Assembly: GCA_963812605.1 (NCBI GenBank)
Contig: CAWEWF010000001.1
Coordinates: 416,001 to 480,000 of the forward strand
Direction of reading: 5' to 3'
Origin: an uncultured Verrucomicrobiae bacterium
Lineage (GTDB): Bacteria > Verrucomicrobiota > Verrucomicrobiia > Palsa-1439
DNA length: 64,000 bases
Part shown: one piece after another, positions 57,936 to 64,000 of the stretch
Position numbering within the stretch: the stretch's first letter is position 1
Layout: the number at the start of each line of letters is the position of its first letter
Made by a program: the position numbers and the translations under genes
The notes under the pieces: model-generated
What the model was told of the DNA's origin: nothing
Databases searched by the model: none
The model's input: only the letters and a program-made list of their open reading frames with translations

Positions 57936-58764
57936 ATGATTTTGTACAAATACGCCCACAAGCACGGCTTGGACATTTTGAAGAATTTGGAATTGAAGGT
58001 GTCCCGACCCGACGAATTCAACGACCCGTTTGAGTTTCTGCCGGTTCTTCCAGCGACCGTGCCTGCTCGGACAGTAGGAGAATCCTTAAAGACAAAAACA
58101 ATGCAGAACCGTATGTACGAAATGGCTAAAGCTCGTGGAATGCAAATTTCCCGTAAGGACTTTCGTGCTAGCCTGCGTCAGCATAGAGACAAACTCGTAT
58201 CACTTAAAAACGCAACACTTACGCAGAAAAATGCGGGACGAAATAATTGGAAGGTCACTGCGGAACAGTGGTGTTTTTTGTATGTCTGCTGTGCCGCACA
58301 GCATTTTGATGTGGTCACGTTACGGCGATTGTCATCATGGTCTTGTGATTGGTTTCGATATGGCGTTGGCTTCTCAAAAGTGGGCAGAAGACATTTTGAA
58401 AATAGAGTATGGCGATGAGAGGGCCAATCTGATTAAAATCATTGCGGGGAAGCATTGAATTCCGCAGATTTGGAGAAACTATTGTTAAGGTCAAGAGTGT
58501 GGTATGGAGCTACGAGCAGGAATAGCGGCTCCTATTCAAACTCGACACTTTATTGGCGAGAAGACTGAGAAGAATGATTCGGTGGGATTTTTTGCGAGAA
58601 TACCACCTGTGGCGATTCAAGAAGTGATTCTTGGATGTAGTTGCAGTACTGATACCGAGCGCGATGTGAGACAGGCTCTCACGGCTGACCATTTCAAACA
58701 CGTAGCACTGAAAAGAGCGGTCATAAACGACACCGATTTCAAACTGGATATAGTCACGGTCTGA
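57936..58764 (+). pseudogene. DUF2971-like protein, disrupted
   Basis: LYKY...FNDPFE, VFCMS...ILMWSRYGDCHHGLVIGFD, WSYEQE*R (in-frame stop), AIQEVILGC; spread over three ORFs. Confidence 0.75.
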
Positions 58765-58978
58765 TTCATCAGTCTTCCATTCCGATTAAACTTTTTATAA
58801 AAGTCAAAAGCTTCTTCTCGGTTAAGGAGTCTCTCCGCAGTCCCACGATTTCCAATAATGTGATAACTGTCATCGTGCGGCGGCCATATTCGCCTCTTCA
58901 ACTCTTGATTCGCTTGCTCAACGCTTCACGTAGCTTTTGTATTGTTTAGGCGTACGGCAAGAAACGCCATCAGGCCGG

Positions 58979-59146
58979 TCAAAACCAAATTTGCCCCATT
59001 GCCAAATATACCCTTACTCCTCCAACGGTTTTCAATTTGGGAAGATTCAGTTCATCGGCCACTCTTTTGACCGTTGCTGGCACGCATCCGCAAACTTTTG
59101 CCGCATCGCACGGCATGTAAAGCTTCATGTCTAATTCGTTCTGCAT
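58979..59146 (-). CDS. Small MerR/excisionase-like HTH protein (55 aa, possibly truncated)
   Basis: Manual translation MQNELDMKLYMPCDAAKVCGCVPATVKRVADELNLPKLKTVGGVRVY...; GAGG RBS; below the ORF-track length cutoff. Confidence 0.55.
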   Translation of the reverse strand: MQNELDMKLYMPCDAAKVCGCVPATVKRVADELNLPKLKTVGGVRVYLAMGQIWF

Positions 59147-59690
59147 ATATAAACCTCAATATCGGGAGGCAAAAAAATTCCGACTTCTGGCACCGTGCCT
59201 GCGAAACTTCTCCGACTCTATAGTGCTTTACAGCCGGTTTTCATCAGGGGGAAACTTTTTTAAGTGGCTGGATGAAGATTTTTCTAAAATAGAAGTACTT
59301 CTATTCGGACGAAGCACGACTCTCCTGAAACAATAGATGTTTATCTAAAGCGTTCATCAACTCGTTAAGGTGCTCGCTGCTGTCGTCTGGTTTTAAAATT
59401 AATCCATTTGAAACTGCCGACCATTCCTTCCGAAAGAAACTCAAATAAACTCATTTAAAGTCCGACGGGGTGTGGAGTTGCGAAAGAAAATCATGGAGAC
59501 GATGTTTATCTGTTTAGTTTGAGAAAAAATCTTCGAGTGCGCGGCGTTTCTTCATTGAGGCAAAATAGAAGTAGACATATAATGGTATCATGGTTAGGGG
59601 CCGAAATTCATTGAAAGTGAAATGCCGATTCAATCGAGAATTTGCTGATAGCCCCGACAGCGTTGGTTTCCCGCATTTATCCACGGGGCT

Positions 59691-59999
59691 GTAAAGCCGA
59701 CTCACAACCTCACTGATTCAGACCTCAAGCGATTAACAGTTGAGATTGCCAGTGAAGTCGCAAGGAAGCTCCGCGAGCAAAATGTTGAACCTCTCTCTGT
59801 TCCAAGACTTCGGATAGGGCCAGATGAAATCTGCAAGAGTCTTGGTATAAAACGGCGCACATTAACTGATTGGCAACGAAAACGGTTGATTCCGTTTGAA
59901 CGCATCGGGCCAAGCAAGGGCCGCTCTACACTTCTGTTCAATGTCGCGGATGTTGACAGAGCGCTAAAGCGTTGGCGAATTAGGTCAGTTGGCGAGTGA
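59691..59999 (+). pseudogene. Excisionase-like HTH protein lacking a canonical start
   Basis: Manual translation ...DEICKSLGIKRRTLTDWQRKRLIPFERIG...LLFNVADVDRALKRW; no in-frame ATG/GTG upstream of the HTH (GTA at 59691). Confidence 0.65.
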
Positions 60000-60016
60000 G
60001 CAAAGGCGACGGGCCG

Positions 60017-61249
60017 TCAGCCTCGCTTTTTCTCACTAGCTTGTTTTTCTTTTGGGCGAAGCGCGTAAAACTTTTTGGCCTCTGCTTCTGTCGTTAGTCC
60101 CTTGTAGTGAGTCTTCAACATCGTGGTAGAAGTATGCCCGAGTAAGGCAGAGGTCGCGTGTTCGTCACGACTCAATGCGTAGTGATATGTTGCGGCAGTA
60201 TGCCTCATACCGTCGTTAATCCATTGAAACCCTAGCTCATTTCGCAATACCCGAAACCGCCGACGCCATACTGAAAGGCTTGGAGCGAGTTTTTCTGGTA
60301 GCTCCAGTCTGCCATTTCCACCTAACCACGCCCATACTGAATCTCCCAATGGTGTACCTCTGGGCAACTCAATAACACGCTTGCCGGTCTTTGTTACATC
60401 TGCATTCAAAGTGATGACAATACGGTTGCCATCAACGAAAAAATGTCTATTTCGTAAACGCCGAGATTCTTCTGGACGAATGCCTAACAATAATCCGAGT
60501 ACAGCGTAATTGAGGAGGCCGTGGTCAGAGAAAACTTCCAGAATTGTTTTCGATTGCTCAACGGAAAAAAATTGGATGTTGCCGCGAGTGACTCTAGGAC
60601 GACGTACGGCAAGGGGGTCAAGGGGTGTAGAATAGGCAAATTTGTTGGCAACGGCCCATCGGTAGAAACTGGATGCCTTGGCTAAATAATGTCTGCGAGT
60701 AATGGGGGCCAGTCCGTCCTTCTTCATTTCGGAATCCCACTGTTTGATATCCTCCACAGAGACTTCGTTGGCTAGCCGATTGCCGAAACGCTCTTTGATT
60801 GGATTGAGGCGGCTCCGCAAATCTCGTACCGTTGCTAGTCGGACACCGGCTACCGCCTGCTCTGCGATAAACTTTTCCACCAACTCCGTAAGGTTCTGAA
60901 AACGCGCCAAACTGAGGTGTTGTTTTATATAGAAGTTAGCCGCCGCCACCAGCGTCTCCGAGGGATAATCTTTGAGAATATCCAACGCTGCTGTCGCGTC
61001 GGCCCGTTGTTCTTGAGTCAGCATCCATAGCGATTCGCCTTCCTGCTTCTTTGCTCGTTCAAACAGTAGACGTTGGCTGATTGCTTCTTCCACGGTCTTA
61101 GCGGATTTCCACCTTTGCTTTCCGTTGCTGTCCCGACCTAGAGAGACAAGAAATGACTGTTGACCCTTGGTGTCTCGGGGGTAAACTCCCGGTGGTAATG
61201 ATGGCTTGCGTTTATTTTTGGCGGTTGCTGGTTGTTCGTGTTGGCTCAT
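60017..61249 (-). CDS. Tyrosine recombinase / integrase
   Basis: GIRPEE (Arg), TKT (Lys), DGMRHTAATY, LLGHTS, HY (Tyr); N-terminal arm-binding-like region; adjacent to the att site. Confidence 0.92.
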   Translation of the reverse strand: MSQHEQPATAKNKRKPSLPPGVYPRDTKGQQSFLVSLGRDSNGKQRWKSAKTVEEAISQRLLFERAKKQEGESLWMLTQEQRADATAALDILKDYPSETLVAAANFYIKQHLSLARFQNLTELVEKFIAEQAVAGVRLATVRDLRSRLNPIKERFGNRLANEVSVEDIKQWDSEMKKDGLAPITRRHYLAKASSFYRWAVANKFAYSTPLDPLAVRRPRVTRGNIQFFSVEQSKTILEVFSDHGLLNYAVLGLLLGIRPEESRRLRNRHFFVDGNRIVITLNADVTKTGKRVIELPRGTPLGDSVWAWLGGNGRLELPEKLAPSLSVWRRRFRVLRNELGFQWINDGMRHTAATYHYALSRDEHATSALLGHTSTTMLKTHYKGLTTEAEAKKFYALRPKEKQASEKKRG

Positions 61250-61356
61250 ACAGGGTTTTCCGTAATTCGCCAAATATACGTTTGCAAAATGTTTACTGCA
61301 AGAAAAATATAACATATGTCAAATGCGCTATTTTAACCACTAAACATTGATGTTTT

Positions 61357-61433
61357 GCTCCCGTAGCTCAGATGGATAGAGCGTCGGTTTCCTAAACCGC
61401 AGGTCGCCCGTTCGAATCGGGCCGGGAGCGCCA
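61357..61433 (+). tRNA. tRNA-Arg(CCT)
   Basis: GCTCCCG...CGGGAGC acceptor, anticodon loop TTCCTAA, GTTCGAATC T-loop, encoded CCA. Confidence 0.95.
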
Positions 61434-61458
61434 CCTTGGGCTGTCGCATCGGTTCGCA

Positions 61459-62718
61459 TTAGTCAATTCTCACGGGTTGAAGTTGGGGGACAGCCAGGTG
61501 GAAAATCAGCCAGGCTGCGATATAGGCGCTGCCACAAATCAGCATGATGGAGCGGTACGTACCTTCGCCCTGCAGGATGTTGCTCACGAGCCAGAAGAAA
61601 GCCATCGACATGAATGAGGCCAGCATGCCGCCAAAACCGACGACCGATGCGACCGCCCGCTTCGGAAAGATATCGGAAATGACGGTGTACATCGTCGCCG
61701 ACCAACCTTGATGCGCGGCGGCGGCCAGCGCGAAGAAGCTCGTGGCCAGCCAGACGCTCTCGACACGGGTCGCGAAAATCACGGGCAAGGTGGCAACCGC
61801 ACAGAGTAGGGAAGCAGCCTTGCGCGCCTTGTTCACCGACCAGCCCTGACGCAGAAACCACGCGGACAAACCGCCACCGGCGATGCTGCCCAGACAAGTG
61901 ACCGAATAAACCACCACTAGTGGTAACCCGAATTGTTTCAAGTCCAGGTGAAACTGCTTGCTGAAAAAGTCCGGTAACCAAAACCCATAAAACCACCAGA
62001 CCGGCCCCACCAGCACACACGTACCGTAGTAAGCCCAAGCCTCACGATAACCAAGGAGTTTGACCCATGAAATGTTCTGCTCCGCTGTCTCCGCTGCGCC
62101 GCCGCGGATATGAGCCAGCTCGGCGGCTGTCACTCGTCGTGACATCTCCGGCGCGTCGTAAAAAATCCACCAGAAGATCAGCCACACAAACCCGGATAAG
62201 CCGAGCGCAATGAACGAGAATTGCCACCCGAAGGCCAGATACAGCCACGGCACGAATAGCGGGGCGAAGATGGCCCCGATGTTCGAGCCGGCGTTGAAGA
62301 TACCCGTGGCCACAGAGCGTTCTTTCGGCGGGAACCATTCGGCCACGGTCTTGATCGCCGTCGGAAAATTAGCCGACTCACCGAGGCCGAGCGCGAAACG
62401 CGCCGTACCGAAGCCGAATACCGACCGGGCCATCGCGTGTGCCATCGCCGCCAGACTCCAGAGCACCATGGAAAAGGCGTAGGCGCTTTTTGTCCCGACC
62501 CATTCAATGAACGGGCCGGACAGCGCTTGTCCGATGGCGTAAGAAGCCTGGAAAGCGATGGCAATCCGGCCGTAATCCGTTTCACTCCAATGCAAAGCCT
62601 GGGATAAGGCGGGTTTGAGCAAACCAAGAATCTGACGGTCCATGTAATTGACCACGCAGGCGAAGAAGAGCAGCGTGCAAATGACCCAACGATAGTTTCC
62701 GGGCGATCGCGGCATCAT
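61459..62718 (-). CDS. MFS transporter, ExuT-like hexuronate transporter
   Basis: NYMDRQILG, RFALGLGESANFP, EWFPPKERSVATGIFNAG, WWFYGFWLP, AAHQGWS. Confidence 0.9.
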   Translation of the reverse strand: MMPRSPGNYRWVICTLLFFACVVNYMDRQILGLLKPALSQALHWSETDYGRIAIAFQASYAIGQALSGPFIEWVGTKSAYAFSMVLWSLAAMAHAMARSVFGFGTARFALGLGESANFPTAIKTVAEWFPPKERSVATGIFNAGSNIGAIFAPLFVPWLYLAFGWQFSFIALGLSGFVWLIFWWIFYDAPEMSRRVTAAELAHIRGGAAETAEQNISWVKLLGYREAWAYYGTCVLVGPVWWFYGFWLPDFFSKQFHLDLKQFGLPLVVVYSVTCLGSIAGGGLSAWFLRQGWSVNKARKAASLLCAVATLPVIFATRVESVWLATSFFALAAAAHQGWSATMYTVISDIFPKRAVASVVGFGGMLASFMSMAFFWLVSNILQGEGTYRSIMLICGSAYIAAWLIFHLAVPQLQPVRID

Positions 62719-64000
62719 TTCACTCGAAGAGCGTCGGCACTGCCTCCGTTGGCGAAAATGAAGTCTTTCGCCGCAGCCTTGAGGTCGGTATTCGTGATGG
62801 CGATATTGGAATTGGCGGCGCCTTCCACCTTCACCACCGCTTCGGCCCCGGTGGCATACGTCAGGTGATCAATCACGGCATTCCGCGTGTCGAATACGGT
62901 CAGCACGGGACCTTTGCGATTGGCAACGTCCACCTGGTCGAGGGTAATATTTTCCGCATCCATCCAGACCATGCCGGTTTCGGCAGCGAGTGAGACGTTG
63001 CGCAGGTGGATGCCGCGAATGGGCATTTCCGGCAATCCCTGCAATATCATGGCCGTCCGCGCCCCGCGACAAATCACGTCTTCGATATGGATGTCACGGA
63101 ATTGCGGCGTTTCCTCGGTCGCGGGCACGGGCTTCTGTTCGAGGTTGGTCGAATCGCCGTTGGCATCGAGCGGGGCCTGGCCGCCGTAATACATCGTGAA
63201 CCCGATGGCCTCGGCGGCAATGTCCGTCATCCGGACATTGCGGATGTAGATTTTCTCAACGATTCCTCCCCGCCCGCGCGTGCTCTTGAAACGCAGGCCA
63301 ATATCGGTGCCCATGAAAAGGCAATTATTGACGTAGATGTTGCGCACGCCCCCGGACATTTCGCTGCCGATGGTGACGCCCCCGTGGGCGTGATAGACAA
63401 CACAATTCTCAATCCAGACATTTTCCGTCGGAACCCCGATTCGTCGGCCGGCGGCGTCCTTGCCCGATTTTAGGCAGATGCCGTCGTCGCCCGCGTCAAA
63501 GCTGGAATTGCGCAGGTTCACATTGCGGCACGACTCCAAATCGAGCGCGTCGCTGTTTTGCGCCGACCACGCATTGTGTACCGTAATGTTGCGAATCGTG
63601 ACGTCCTGGCAAAGTCGGGGATTCAGGGTCCAATTTGGCGGGTTCTGGAAGGTGACGCCTTCCAACAGGACCCGGCGGCAATTGATGAGCGCCAGCATTT
63701 TCGGTCGGAGAGTTTGATGGGCCGGCTCGTAATCTTCCGGTTTGAATGACCGGGCCTTCTCCAACTGTCTCACGAGCTTTTCTCCCTCCATGGCTTCGCG
63801 GCTCGGCCACCAGGTATTGCCGCTCTCGTCGGTCACGCCCCCGGATTTGGTGAGCGCTTTCCATTGCAGTTCTGTGAATTTGCTTTTCTTTACCGGGCGC
63901 CAGGCGTCGCCCGCGCCGTCAATGATGCCGTGGCCGGTGATGGCAACATTCTCCAGGTTTTCGCCGGAGATCGGGGAAGTCGAAACGACCTCCTTCTCGC
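62715..64000 (-). CDS. GH28 polygalacturonase (5'-partial, starts beyond the window)
   Basis: QNSDALD, GDDGICLKSG, HGGVTIGSE, LRFKSTRGRGG; the frame stays open to the window edge. Confidence 0.92.
   Translation of the reverse strand, partial: EKEVVSTSPISGENLENVAITGHGIIDGAGDAWRPVKKSKFTELQWKALTKSGGVTDESGNTWWPSREAMEGEKLVRQLEKARSFKPEDYEPAHQTLRPKMLALINCRRVLLEGVTFQNPPNWTLNPRLCQDVTIRNITVHNAWSAQNSDALDLESCRNVNLRNSSFDAGDDGICLKSGKDAAGRRIGVPTENVWIENCVVYHAHGGVTIGSEMSGGVRNIYVNNCLFMGTDIGLRFKSTRGRGGIVEKIYIRNVRMTDIAAEAIGFTMYYGGQAPLDANGDSTNLEQKPVPATEETPQFRDIHIEDVICRGARTAMILQGLPEMPIRGIHLRNVSLAAETGMVWMDAENITLDQVDVANRKGPVLTVFDTRNAVIDHLTYATGAEAVVKVEGAANSNIAITNTDLKAAAKDFIFANGGSADALRVK

Larger units (their letters stand above)
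56835..61396. mobile_element. About 4.5-kb degenerate integrative element in tRNA-Arg(CCT)
   Basis: 45-bp direct repeats, tyrosine integrase, excisionase-like HTH frames, markedly lower GC. Confidence 0.9.

Noticed and set aside
56835-61396. Prophage
   Set aside because: Only about 4.5 kb, with no structural, packaging or replication genes.

Overview
GC-rich bacterial chromosome window. The ECF sigma-factor fusion style, the secreted Ig/PKD/LamG proteins and the short-leader promoters suggest a Verrucomicrobia-like organism (inference). The left end is a kdpA-BC-DE potassium uptake locus. It is split by an antisense PemK/MazF toxin-antitoxin pair plus an HNH gene, and expanded with a USP, a Hanks-type Ser/Thr kinase and a small SMR/YnfA-like membrane protein. 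Next come a RelE/HigB-type TA pair, an orphan Wzc tyrosine autokinase, a remnant of a HUH (Y1) tyrosine transposase, and two small genes each bracketed by the same upstream and downstream repeat blocks. The middle holds housekeeping and carbohydrate or secreted-protein genes (parA, GH51, tRNA-Arg(CCG), rph, trxA, leuD, folB, hpf, cydAB, sppA, a TonB receptor, a GspE-like ATPase). An intact HUH transposase with 24-bp terminal inverted repeats and stuttered ends truncates an isocitrate/isopropylmalate dehydrogenase gene. Near the right end, a decaying integrative element of about 4.5 kb sits in tRNA-Arg(CCT) and duplicates the tRNA 5' half. It carries an integrase, two excisionase-like HTH frames missed by the ORF track and a DUF2971-like pseudogene. 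The window ends with an MFS transporter and a GH28 gene. Several genes carry single-base frameshifts that may be assembly errors. Family calls come from motif recognition by eye; no searches were run.
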